Shown here piece after piece: positions 22,038-31,421 of a stretch of DNA of 64,000 nt (the first letter of the stretch is position 1; each line of letters starts with the position of its first letter). Both the position numbers and the translations under genes were made by a program. The DNA is from Alphaproteobacteria bacterium (GTDB lineage Bacteria; Pseudomonadota; Alphaproteobacteria; Rs-D84; SZUA-605): contig JAVBPW010000001.1 of NCBI GenBank assembly GCA_031549385.1, positions 1 to 64,000 on the forward strand, read 5' to 3'. The notes under the pieces are model-generated. The model was not told the origin of the DNA. It was given only the letters and a program-made list of their open reading frames with translations, and did not search any database.

Positions 22038-22130
22038 CAAACTTGAAGTTTGACATTTTATTTTAAAAAACTAAATAATTTTCCTAAATATCTAATTTTA
22101 GAATTGCTATTATTAGTTTATTTGGAAATT

Positions 22131-23306
22131 TTAATCTTCTATGAATGGGTAGGATTTTACTGCTTCGGCTATCTTTTTTACTAATAATCTTTGATAGTCG
22201 TTTGTCTTTAATCGTTTCTCTTCTTCTCTGTTTGACATGTATCCTAATTCAACTAATACTGATGGAATGTGAGACTTTAATACTGCAAATGGAGCGTATC
22301 TTTGATTAGTGTCTAATAATGATACACTTCTGTCCTTCTTACATTTTTCGATTACTAACTTTGAAAAGATTATTGATTCCTCTTTTGTTTGTCGTAGTTT
22401 TAAATCACTTAACATACTTACTACTTTTTTATCATAATTTTTTGATAGTGATAAATCCATTAAGTCGGCTGCGTTTTCTCGTTCGGCTAGTCTTTGAGAT
22501 TCTATGTCAGATGCTTTGTCTGATAATGTATATATAGATAACCCCTTTGTATTTTCTTTTGGATGAGAGTCAGCATGAATTGATATAAATAAATCTGCCT
22601 TTTTCTTTCTTGCAAATTCACTTCTTTCAGCAAGCTGTAAGAAAGTATCGTTGCGACGAGTTAGATATACTTCATATCCCATGTTTTCTAATTCTCTTTC
22701 CAATAACTTTGCTGCTGATAAAGTTATTGTTTTTTCATAAGTTCCACCTTTTCCTATTGCTCCTGGATCTTTTCCACCATGACCTGCATCAACTACTATT
22801 ATCTTCTTTGTATGCTTTTTCATTTTTTGATCTTGAGTTATTATTGGAACGTTTGTAGTTTTTGGAATAACTTTTTCTTCGTCATCATCTTTATCTTTTG
22901 AACCTGATTTGCCTTTTTGAACAGTATCAAAAACTATACGATAGTTTTTATTTGAACCTTGTGGATTTAATATAAAATGTTTTTCTATTTTTGCATCACC
23001 GTCTACATCAAGGACTACTCTGTTTATATTTGGTAATTTTCCATAACGAACATCTTTTACATAGTCTAACTTTGAACCTGAGCCATTTAACTTATAAGCT
23101 TTAGCTTGTTCTATATTTATTACTATGCGGTTATCCATATATAAAAATGTATATTCTGGCTTGAAAGGAGTTTCTAATACAAATCTTACTCCACCCTCTG
23201 GACGTTTGCCTAATCTGTAGTCCATAGTCTCTGGTGCTCCAAATCCTTGCGAAAAGATTCCACATAAGAATAAAAAGAAAAATAATAAACCTTTTATTTT
23301 ATTCAA
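22131..23306 (-). CDS. amiC: N-acetylmuramoyl-L-alanine amidase (AMIN + Amidase_3)
   Basis: DAGHGGKDPGA, FISIHADS, VLVELGYMSN; signal peptide. Confidence 0.9.
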   Translation of the reverse strand: MNKIKGLLFFFLFLCGIFSQGFGAPETMDYRLGKRPEGGVRFVLETPFKPEYTFLYMDNRIVINIEQAKAYKLNGSGSKLDYVKDVRYGKLPNINRVVLDVDGDAKIEKHFILNPQGSNKNYRIVFDTVQKGKSGSKDKDDDEEKVIPKTTNVPIITQDQKMKKHTKKIIVVDAGHGGKDPGAIGKGGTYEKTITLSAAKLLERELENMGYEVYLTRRNDTFLQLAERSEFARKKKADLFISIHADSHPKENTKGLSIYTLSDKASDIESQRLAERENAADLMDLSLSKNYDKKVVSMLSDLKLRQTKEESIIFSKLVIEKCKKDRSVSLLDTNQRYAPFAVLKSHIPSVLVELGYMSNREEEKRLKTNDYQRLLVKKIAEAVKSYPFIED

Positions 23307-23769
23307 ATTCTATATTCAGTATATTTACTGCCCCTTCTTGACATTGTAAGTCTTCACTTGTTTCTGCATCTCTTCTTACTGCACTTCCGTTTAACCAAAC
23401 TTCTTTTGCAGATTTCCATTCTGAAAGTCCATAGAATATACAATCAGCTTGGGATAATTCTTCATAGGAAATTATAAAACCTTGACCACCTTCTGATGGA
23501 CGAACTATAAATTCTTTTCCATATGCATTTCTGTTGTTTCTTAATGCTCCATATCTTTGTAAGTAAGATATAGTCAATAAACCGTAATCTGATTTTCCTT
23601 GGAATAATGTCTTTATGTTTTCTGATAAATCTTCAACTTCATTTATTGTAGACATTCTTGTTAATTTTTCACGTGATCTTGTGTACATTGAAACAGCACC
23701 GATTGTTAATATTCCTACAATTGCGATAACGGCCAAAGTTTCCAACATTGTTCTTCCTGATTGTCTCAT
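23299..23769 (-). CDS. Type IV pilin-like protein
   Basis: Class III signal QSG|RTMLE followed by a hydrophobic helix; C-terminal Cys pair. Confidence 0.8.
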   Translation of the reverse strand: MRQSGRTMLETLAVIAIVGILTIGAVSMYTRSREKLTRMSTINEVEDLSENIKTLFQGKSDYGLLTISYLQRYGALRNNRNAYGKEFIVRPSEGGQGFIISYEELSQADCIFYGLSEWKSAKEVWLNGSAVRRDAETSEDLQCQEGAVNILNIEFE

Positions 23770-23834
23770 TTTGTGCTCCTTGGTAAAATATCTTTGATTT
23801 TGTTAAAAGATTATAGCATAAAAATTATTTTATT

Positions 23835-24692
23835 TCAAATATTGAAATTAGTTTTTGCTTGATAAAATGCTTTTTTTTCATTTGAATTTATAATTACTTT
23901 TCTTGATAAACTTCCAAAGTTTGATTCTAAGCCTGTTGCTATTGCATCTATACAATCATCTTTATTATTTTGACGCTCTATTTTGAAAGATTCTAATTCT
24001 TCAACTAACACTGAAGTAGTCAGATTTGCTTTTATATAAAAATATGATGAATATAAAAGTGGTTGAATGTTTCTTATTATTCTCTCATTCTTGTTTTGTG
24101 TTTGGACTACCTTCTTTATAAATATAGGATAATTCATAGTTTTTGCTGTTTGAATTATCATCTCTGATAAGAATGCACCTATTCCATTTGTTTCAATTAC
24201 TAAGTTGAATAAATTGTTCTTTTTCATAAAAATTATTACCTCTTCACACTGATACTGCGCAGATGAATTTTCATCTTCTTTATTTAAACATTTCAAATCA
24301 TTTATATAACAATTACTTTGATCATCTTTGAATATTGCTACTACTATACTTTTATCACTTGTTGCTTTACCTAATGATGGATCCCATGATACACATCCGA
24401 AAGTTAAATTTCGACCATCCAAAAAATATTTTTGTATTCCATTACTTTGAAATAACTCCACATCTTTGTTGTATACATTTATTAGTGAAGTATCAAAAAA
24501 AATATTGTCCGTTTCTGGGACAATAAGCAACATTTGTGAATTAAATTTTAATGGACCTGAACGATGTGCTATTTCTTTACATTTTTTAGGTGAAAATCGT
24601 TCTGGCCAAACTGAATTTCCTTTTTCATCAAAAAGCGGTATTTTTAATATTTCAAACCCTTCTAAGAAAGGTGGAGATTTTGAAACTAACAT
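23835..24692 (-). CDS. Terminase large subunit, C-terminal RNase H-like nuclease half
   Basis: WPERF, WDPS..SD, ETNGIG, KNERI, DDCIDA; own AAGGA RBS. Confidence 0.85.
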   Translation of the reverse strand: MLVSKSPPFLEGFEILKIPLFDEKGNSVWPERFSPKKCKEIAHRSGPLKFNSQMLLIVPETDNIFFDTSLINVYNKDVELFQSNGIQKYFLDGRNLTFGCVSWDPSLGKATSDKSIVVAIFKDDQSNCYINDLKCLNKEDENSSAQYQCEEVIIFMKKNNLFNLVIETNGIGAFLSEMIIQTAKTMNYPIFIKKVVQTQNKNERIIRNIQPLLYSSYFYIKANLTTSVLVEELESFKIERQNNKDDCIDAIATGLESNFGSLSRKVIINSNEKKAFYQAKTNFNI

Positions 24693-24777
24693 TTATTTCC
24701 TTATTTTTGCGAATCCAAAATGCTTTATCAACCTTTTAAAAGGCAACTTATCTTTGTTTGAAATTTCAATGATTTAT

Positions 24778-24872
24778 AAAAAAAAGAACCCGGGGCAACT
24801 TTTTTATAGGAGAGGAGGAAGGAGAAAAAGAGAATGCCTCGGGATTTTTTATATAGACTCGGAGCCTATACG
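24778..24872 (-). ncRNA. Candidate small RNA with CU-rich anti-SD loop, between the terminase halves
   Basis: TTGACA-N17-TAAAGT at 24907..24879; hairpin 24852..24870; stem 24787..24846 enclosing UUUUUCUCCUUCCUCCUCUCCU; U-tract. Confidence 0.65.
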
Positions 24873-24928
24873 GTTCACACTTTAAACACCTGATTCTAAA
24901 TTGTCAAGCATAAAGTTTTCTTTAGTAT

Positions 24929-25561
24929 TTATTTATTTGCATATATTGTGTCATAAGTGTGTGGAGTACCTATATAAAGCTGTAAACCATTGGGATTCAA
25001 TATAAAATCTAGTTCTGATAGAAATTGGCGAAGATTTTCTCTTTTTTCCGAATTATCGCTGTTTTTTGGCACTTCGCAGTCATCACATATTATTATATCA
25101 GCCCTGTAACCCGTTATATTTCCCATTACTGATGCTGAAATTACAGATGGATCTCTTAATTCTTTAGTTCTTTCAACTGTAAAACAGTCTGAAGCCCATT
25201 GCTCTTTCTTTAATGGGACTAAATTTTGGGTTAAAGGATGCTTTTGTATAATATGTTTTATATTTCGTACCATTTTTGTTGCCAAATTTTGTTCACATGA
25301 CAAGATTAATATGACTAAATTTGGATTTTTATATAAAATCCATGCACAAAATAAACCAACTATTGATGACTTGCCTGAATTTCGAAAAGCCATCAATAAT
25401 CCCTTTTTAGTTTGTGATGTGTGTATTTTTTCCAACCAAAATGCTATTTGTTTATGATGATTTGGGGTTTTGAATTCGTTTTGTTTGTTAAATATATCTA
25501 TAAATTCATAAAAATTTACTTTGATTGCTTGATTAGATATTTCCGTAATCTTCGCTTTCAT
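24929..25561 (-). CDS. Terminase large subunit, N-terminal ATPase half
   Basis: Walker A AFRNSGKS, G-x-RAD, Walker B IIICDDCE, motif III IGTP. Confidence 0.88.
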   Translation of the reverse strand: MKAKITEISNQAIKVNFYEFIDIFNKQNEFKTPNHHKQIAFWLEKIHTSQTKKGLLMAFRNSGKSSIVGLFCAWILYKNPNLVILILSCEQNLATKMVRNIKHIIQKHPLTQNLVPLKKEQWASDCFTVERTKELRDPSVISASVMGNITGYRADIIICDDCEVPKNSDNSEKRENLRQFLSELDFILNPNGLQLYIGTPHTYDTIYANK

Positions 25562-26195
25562 TGTAAGCTTCCATGATAGTTCCTAAATCTTGAGAAAGTT
25601 CAGGAAATTTTGCTTTTAATAAATCAATCATATTTACTACCAAACCATAACAACTTCCATCGTTTGAATTATTTAACAACTTTTTCATATCTTCAAATAT
25701 TATTTTTATATCTTCATATGTTTTTTCAGCTGATAAACTTTCATCAAGGAAATCAATTTCTGAATTTACTAATCGTTTTGCTGTTTCATCCCAGACTATT
25801 GCTTTTTTTGCTTCTGCTTGAGGAAGAGTTGTTTTTATTTCACCTTTTTCTGGATCATATTTAATACATTTCTTTAGCTCCTCATTTGTCTGTCTTATTA
25901 ATTCAACTATGTAATCCATATCTAGATTTAAATCTTGAGCAGATATTACCCCATATTCTTGTAAATCTGTTTGGCGAACTATTTTTAAATTCCTTTTTAT
26001 AACTATTTTACTATTTAATGCTGGTGGAATGGAAAATATTATTTGCCCATAATCATCACTGAGCTCTGTATGGTAACCACCCTCTTGCTTTAATCCATTT
26101 ATATAAATTTCTAAATTTTCTGGTTTAAAAACTTTAAAGTTAAATGAAAATTCTGTTGTTGTACCATTTGCTTTATATGTTACTTGATTATCCAT
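25533..26195 (-). CDS. T7 gp17-like tail fibre N-terminal (adaptor) domain protein
   Basis: YKANGTTTEFSFNF...I.IKR...LNLDMDY...Q pattern; only 220 aa. Confidence 0.75.
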   Translation of the reverse strand: MDNQVTYKANGTTTEFSFNFKVFKPENLEIYINGLKQEGGYHTELSDDYGQIIFSIPPALNSKIVIKRNLKIVRQTDLQEYGVISAQDLNLDMDYIVELIRQTNEELKKCIKYDPEKGEIKTTLPQAEAKKAIVWDETAKRLVNSEIDFLDESLSAEKTYEDIKIIFEDMKKLLNNSNDGSCYGLVVNMIDLLKAKFPELSQDLGTIMEAYNESEDYGNI

Positions 26196-26685
26196 TTGTA
26201 CCTCCGCTGATTATTGTAGTTGTGCTTTTTGTTGTCTTTGGCATTGCTGAACTTACTGTTGTTACTGTACTGCCTACTCCAGAAATTAGATTTCTTCTTT
26301 TTGACATTAAATTCTTTGATAATGTGTTATCTAAATCTCTTGTCAAATTTTTTGAACTTGCTTCATAGTCTTGTTGATTACTATATTGTCTTTTAGCAGA
26401 TTCTTCTTTTATATTACTTAACACTGCTGATGAAGATTCTGAATCTATTTCAATTTGATTAGCTCCAAATCTTGCACTTTGTTCTGCTAATGTTCTTTTT
26501 AATAATGAATTTTCTGTTTCTTGTTGCTCCTTATAATTTCTGTCCAAAGCTTCTTTTTTAATCTCATAATCTTCCATTATTGTTTTCTTTTGTTTTTTAT
26601 TTTCATCTGCATTTAAGGCTTGATCTATACCTTTAAATATTAAATCAAATCCTGTTGCTGCTACCGTTGCTGCTGCTGTTGCCAT
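26188..26685 (-). CDS. Putative internal virion protein (gp14-like)
   Basis: Ala/Thr-rich N-terminus, coiled coil, EQSARFGANQI..S.SS; follows the tail nozzle gene. Confidence 0.55.
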   Translation of the reverse strand: MATAAATVAATGFDLIFKGIDQALNADENKKQKKTIMEDYEIKKEALDRNYKEQQETENSLLKRTLAEQSARFGANQIEIDSESSSAVLSNIKEESAKRQYSNQQDYEASSKNLTRDLDNTLSKNLMSKRRNLISGVGSTVTTVSSAMPKTTKSTTTIISGGTNG

Positions 26686-26697
26686 TTAAAACCTCCT

Positions 26698-28587
26698 TTA
26701 AGATAGTGCTTTAATTTTTAGTGAAATACTTTGCATACAAAATTTAAATGGTGCATCACTTTGTATTTTCCAAAGTGGAGTGTTTCCATTTGTTTTATAT
26801 CCAAATGATGACATTACATAATTACCTGTGAATTCTGTTAAACCTTTTCCATAACTACGTTGCTCCAGTTGTAATTTGTTTAATCCAAATCCTGTGTCTA
26901 TTTCTAATATTGCTGATTCTTCTAATCTTATTGATAATTCTATTAGTCTGTACTTTTTGTAACCACCGCCTGATAACTTAGTAAATGGAAATGGAACAAT
27001 CGTATGTTTATATGGATAGCCTATACAATAACTTGAAACAGGTTCGTTTAAAATCATTGTACTTTCTTCTATTTTCTTTTTTGAATATATAAAATCATCA
27101 ACTTTAATATAAATTTCTTCTCCTAAATATTCACTTAATTCATAAATACCTGTTATACTTTGTTCTTTTGAATGTTCGTATTTTGCACAATCTAAATATA
27201 AATCGTCTTCAAATTTTTCCAGATAAAAGTTTTCATTTCTTTTAGTTATTACATAGGTATTATTATCTAATGTTGTTGAATATAAAAACTTCCCATATGT
27301 TTGATAGTTACTCCAAGATAAAACTTGATTCTGAGGAGATACTGTTAATACTGCCATTTCTCCATTTGATAAAACTACATACAATTGTCTTTTAGACTTA
27401 TTATAAGTCATATCAGTTGGATCTTTTATTAAATGTGAACAAAGTTGCGATAGATTGTTTGATGTATAATTTGCTACCACTTGTCCATATACAAATTCTC
27501 TGATTTCTTTTTTGTCTTTTGATACAAAAATTGTTGCTGATTCTATTTGTAACACTGGTAAAAATCTCTCTGTTGGACTTCCTATTGCTGTTTGCTTCGA
27601 TAAAGATACTGTTGATGGTGTTATCAAATTTGTTGGAACTATCCATTCACCACTGTATGTTAAAATTTGTAAATGAAGGGCTGAAAATATTGTCTGAATT
27701 TCTTCCATACCTGAAGATAGGAGACAGAATTCTATTGCTTCATCATCTAACCCTTGTCCGCAATCAAAGTTTCCATATGTAAAAGTTTTTGAAAACCATA
27801 ACTTATTTGGCTGAGTTGGAGTTGCTCCAAAAACTAAACGACCTTGATGAAAACATGAAGTTTTTGGATACCCTCTTGTATCAGAAAAAGCAGCCTCTTT
27901 GTATGAACCTTGAGCAATATTTTTAAATTGCTTTAAGACCTGAATGTTTGCTTTTACTAAAGAAATTATACTTATAATTTTAAAAGAACCTTCGTTAAAT
28001 ATAAATTCTTTATTAATCATGTCTGATGTAAAAAAATCTACATTAGATGTTATTGTTGTTGCCCCTGTTATTCCAGCCGGTGTAAATAAAACACTCTTTT
28101 TATCATCAAATTTATAATAAGGGTAAAGACTTGTTCCGTATGTGTCTTGAGCGAACACAAAATTCTTAAACACAAAACCATAAGTTTTTTCATAGGTCAA
28201 AACTTTTGGATGGTGGTTTTGATGAGTGAAAATCATTTCTGATAAATTCTGAGATGTTTGTATTTGATCGATTTCACTTTCTTTATATGGAGTTTCTAAA
28301 ATATCAAATAACGCATCGTCTTTGTATAAATACATTAGACCTGGAAGTAATACTATTAGATAATTATCATTACTTTTTAATGTAAAACTGAATAATTTTC
28401 CCTTTTGTGGAAGTTTATGGACTAGTTTTAATCCGCCTCTTCTTTTTATTGCTCCACTCTCTGTTGTGTGAGCATTTTGTAAAACTGATACCCCGTTTGA
28501 ATGTGCTGCTAAATCAGCACGAGATGTGTAACTTTGAGCAAGTTCTCCATTTAAGAAAGAGTTTTGTGTGTGTGTAAATATTGTCAT
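26698..28587 (-). CDS. Tail tube B/nozzle (T7 gp12-like)
   Basis: QNSFLNGEL, GAIKRRGG, GYP..CFHQGRLVFG, LWFSKT; about 630 aa. Confidence 0.85.
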   Translation of the reverse strand: MTIFTHTQNSFLNGELAQSYTSRADLAAHSNGVSVLQNAHTTESGAIKRRGGLKLVHKLPQKGKLFSFTLKSNDNYLIVLLPGLMYLYKDDALFDILETPYKESEIDQIQTSQNLSEMIFTHQNHHPKVLTYEKTYGFVFKNFVFAQDTYGTSLYPYYKFDDKKSVLFTPAGITGATTITSNVDFFTSDMINKEFIFNEGSFKIISIISLVKANIQVLKQFKNIAQGSYKEAAFSDTRGYPKTSCFHQGRLVFGATPTQPNKLWFSKTFTYGNFDCGQGLDDEAIEFCLLSSGMEEIQTIFSALHLQILTYSGEWIVPTNLITPSTVSLSKQTAIGSPTERFLPVLQIESATIFVSKDKKEIREFVYGQVVANYTSNNLSQLCSHLIKDPTDMTYNKSKRQLYVVLSNGEMAVLTVSPQNQVLSWSNYQTYGKFLYSTTLDNNTYVITKRNENFYLEKFEDDLYLDCAKYEHSKEQSITGIYELSEYLGEEIYIKVDDFIYSKKKIEESTMILNEPVSSYCIGYPYKHTIVPFPFTKLSGGGYKKYRLIELSIRLEESAILEIDTGFGLNKLQLEQRSYGKGLTEFTGNYVMSSFGYKTNGNTPLWKIQSDAPFKFCMQSISLKIKALS

Positions 28588-28597
28588 TGCCAACTCC

Positions 28598-28999
28598 TTA
28601 ATATAAAAATAGTGTTTGTGGTAAGTTTGTGTAATTGCTTCGAAGATCGAGATGTATAAATGTTTTTGCTATACCAACTGAAAAGCCTAAATTAAGTGCA
28701 CACCTTATTAGCTTTGCATTTAAAATCCCGTTTTGTTTTGCTATATCAATTGCACAAGTTGCTAAATTTTGCTTTTCATCAAAAATGTGAAAACTGTTTT
28801 TTACTCCACCTATTTCTTGATTATAAGATAAACTTCTGCAACATGAATTAACAATCATAGGATGTCCATAAAGCAATCTTAATTCTTTTAATTTTTCTGC
28901 AAAACTACAAGCTAGTATTCCGTCTTTTGATTTTTTACATTGAAGTTCCTTTATGGAAAAGAGAACTTTTCCATTGTCGTCTTTTATATCTTGTAACAT
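28598..28999 (-). CDS. Peptidase M15-type endolysin
   Basis: NSCCRS..N..IGG..NSFH, AIDI, FIHLDLR (His/Asp/His Zn ligands). Confidence 0.85.
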   Translation of the reverse strand: MLQDIKDDNGKVLFSIKELQCKKSKDGILACSFAEKLKELRLLYGHPMIVNSCCRSLSYNQEIGGVKNSFHIFDEKQNLATCAIDIAKQNGILNAKLIRCALNLGFSVGIAKTFIHLDLRSNYTNLPQTLFLY

Positions 29000-29000
29000 A

Positions 29001-29570
29001 TTAACCTCGGCAGTCTATTAATGAGAATTTAGTTATTTTTTCTGGGGTCTTTTGTTGAGCGTCTATTAGTTTTGCTAATCTTTCTTGGCTTATACAAACT
29101 TGGTTTAAGTAACTTGATTTTGCATGGTCTTCTGTTAATGGAAGACAAAATTCATAAGATAAAAAATCCACTAATAAATTTATGAAAAATGGAGGCATTT
29201 GACTTTCGTCAATATCCTGAATCACTTTTATTGTTACTATGTCTGAGTTTGCATAAAGTCGGTCTTTCATTATTTTATATGAAATGTCTGAAAAATTATC
29301 CCCTGCCCCACATGAAATTATCCTTAAAATATTTTTAGGTAATAAATAGGTATATGAATAACCTTGAATTGCAGGTTCATCTAATGATGCTGGTTGAATT
29401 AAATTGCAAGCAAATGTCCATGGGTATGATGAAAGCAATTTTTGTTTTACTATTTTATAAAAAGATTTTGAAATTTTAGCTTCTGCTGTGTTTTGATTAA
29501 AATTTGATATTGTATTTGCACCTATTTTAAGCAATGCCATAGAGCAAATATCTATGTTTGTGTAATTCAT
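29001..29570 (-). CDS. Tail tube A/adaptor (T7 gp11-like)
   Basis: DICSMALLKIG, YPWTFA, Y.LP..LR; position after the capsid gene. Confidence 0.8.
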   Translation of the reverse strand: MNYTNIDICSMALLKIGANTISNFNQNTAEAKISKSFYKIVKQKLLSSYPWTFACNLIQPASLDEPAIQGYSYTYLLPKNILRIISCGAGDNFSDISYKIMKDRLYANSDIVTIKVIQDIDESQMPPFFINLLVDFLSYEFCLPLTEDHAKSSYLNQVCISQERLAKLIDAQQKTPEKITKFSLIDCRG

Positions 29571-29593
29571 TAGAAATACTCCTTTTAAAGTTT

Positions 29594-29617
29594 AAAGGGG
29601 GCAAAAAGCCCCCTTTT
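29594..29617 (-). terminator. Intrinsic terminator after the capsid/decoration genes
   Basis: AAAGGGGGC-N5-GCCCCCTTTT. Confidence 0.75.
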
Positions 29618-29618
29618 A

Positions 29619-29849
29619 TTACATTGCTACTAATGTTACTGCTGTGTCAGTTACTGCTGAAACTGCTGCAATTACACTTTGATCACTTGCATTGATGAAA
29701 ATAAAATCATTAGCATTAATTACTTTTGACATGTCTGCAAAATATGTAGATGCCATTGTTACTGCTTTTGTATCTGTTGTTTTATAGTGCCACAATGTGA
29801 AGCCATTTGCATAGGCTAGTACGCTTAAATTGTTTGTTTTAAAAGCCAT
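29619..29849 (-). CDS. Putative head decoration/cement protein
   Basis: 76 aa, LSVLAYANGFTLWHY...YF; directly after capsid; AAGGAG RBS. Confidence 0.65.
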   Translation of the reverse strand: MAFKTNNLSVLAYANGFTLWHYKTTDTKAVTMASTYFADMSKVINANDFIFINASDQSVIAAVSAVTDTAVTLVAM

Positions 29850-29860
29850 AGTATTCTCCT

Positions 29861-30694
29861 TTATGCTACTATTGCTGCGTCATCTTTGCAGCTGATTTTT
29901 ACTATTCCACTTTCGTCAATTACACATGAACCTTGGCTCATTGAGTTTGATATGAAATGTGATTGGCGATCGCCTTGCCATGAAATGTCAGATTTTACTT
30001 CTGAACCTACAGCATGACCTATTGCTGTTTTATGATAAATAAAGCATTGGCGATTTCCTGAAATTAATGGAAGATTGTTGTGTAAAATCCAAATTACTCC
30101 CATCCATTTTCTTGCTTCACTTCCATTTATTAATGCATAGTTTTCACCACAATATTCTGATGAAGTGAATTCTTTAATGCTTAATAGTTCTGACCATTGA
30201 TGAACACCTACTACACCAAATCTTTGACCGTCGTCTGGACATGAAAGTTCATTCAATTTTTCAATTGCTTTCATAATCTTTTCTTTTGTTAGACCTTTTG
30301 TGTCCGCTGCTACTTCATTTGTTGCTTTTGAAAGTGCACTAATGATTAATTCATCTGTTTTTCTTCCTAATGCATATGCTCCAGCTGAAGCTATTACTTT
30401 TCTTTCGTCTGTGTTTGTTTTTAATTCATCCATAGCATCGCACCAATCGCCTGCATAAAAATCTTGCAAAACACATTCTATTGGTGTGTGTTGAATGTTC
30501 ATTGTTGGAACTAACCCATGACGAGATTTTGTTGATGCTGTGCCTTTGCCTACTCTTTGGAATGTAGTTGAAGAACCTTTTACATCATTTTTTACTCGCA
30601 CAGTGTTGCGTAGTTTTGTTCCGTATTGTTGATATTGCAAATGTACATCTGCTTCAAATTGTTTGATAAATGCTTGATCTATTGTTAAAGACAT
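29861..30694 (-). CDS. Major capsid protein (podovirus-type)
   Basis: FIKQFEADVH..YQQ.G.KLRNTV, AGAYALGRKTDELII; strong RBS; follows the scaffold gene. Confidence 0.85.
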   Translation of the reverse strand: MSLTIDQAFIKQFEADVHLQYQQYGTKLRNTVRVKNDVKGSSTTFQRVGKGTASTKSRHGLVPTMNIQHTPIECVLQDFYAGDWCDAMDELKTNTDERKVIASAGAYALGRKTDELIISALSKATNEVAADTKGLTKEKIMKAIEKLNELSCPDDGQRFGVVGVHQWSELLSIKEFTSSEYCGENYALINGSEARKWMGVIWILHNNLPLISGNRQCFIYHKTAIGHAVGSEVKSDISWQGDRQSHFISNSMSQGSCVIDESGIVKISCKDDAAIVA

Positions 30695-30783
30695 TCTTAT
30701 TCTCCTTTAATTAATTATTTAATTGTCGACTTTATACCGGAGGGTGAGTCTTTATTTATTGTTATCCTTGCGGGCAATAGTTT

Positions 30784-31413
30784 TTATTTGTATAGTTTTT
30801 CAAATCCTTCTTTTACCTTTTGGCAAAATTCCGGATCATTTTCTTTCCAATATTTTGGATTATTCATTAGCTTCTTTAGTGAATCTAATGTTAATTGTTT
30901 TGATGGGGATGATGTTTCGTCTAAGATTTTAGGCTCTGATGAATTCAACATCTTATATAGTAATAATACTCCGTCATATGATGAAGCAAGAACTTCATAT
31001 AAATCTTGAGATAGATTATTGTCTGCATATGTTTGAATTTGAGATGCTACTTTTTCCCAATTTTCTTGTCCACCAAAATAATTTTTTAAATTTTGTAATT
31101 GTGTTTGTTGTTTTAAATCAAATTCTGTTTCTTGTATCTTTGTATTTAAATTCTGATTCAAAATATCATGAACACATTTTGCTTGTGATTTTGTAAATTT
31201 ATTTTCAAATAGTTTCTTACCTATAGCTTCATCTTGAAAATCTAGTTCATATTCACTTGGGTCTTGAGGTAAATCTAAATTTATTTCTTCTTGATTTGAT
31301 GTGCTTAGCTTTTTTTCTAAATCTTTATATGATTTCAATAAATTTTTTGCGTTTAGTTGACCTGTTTCTTTATCCAAAAATTTTTCTGGTATCTTTATTT
31401 CTTGATCTGTCAT
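30784..31413 (-). CDS. Capsid scaffolding protein (T7 gp9-like)
   Basis: IPEKF..L.KSY.DLEKKL, FGG..W, M.NPKYW...DPEF..KV. Confidence 0.8.
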   Translation of the reverse strand: MTDQEIKIPEKFLDKETGQLNAKNLLKSYKDLEKKLSTSNQEEINLDLPQDPSEYELDFQDEAIGKKLFENKFTKSQAKCVHDILNQNLNTKIQETEFDLKQQTQLQNLKNYFGGQENWEKVASQIQTYADNNLSQDLYEVLASSYDGVLLLYKMLNSSEPKILDETSSPSKQLTLDSLKKLMNNPKYWKENDPEFCQKVKEGFEKLYK

Positions 31414-31421
31414 AATTGCTC

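Noticed and set aside
21634-22053. ORFs over tRNA-Phe and its repeats; possible CRISPR array
   Set aside because: The ORFs are by-products of the tRNA and repeats. The 'spacers' are near-identical, the repeat is the tRNA 3' end, and no cas genes are present
24693-24928. Self-splicing intron in the terminase
   Set aside because: No recognisable group I core or group II domain V; the GTGTG lies downstream of the stop codon; the second half has its own RBS
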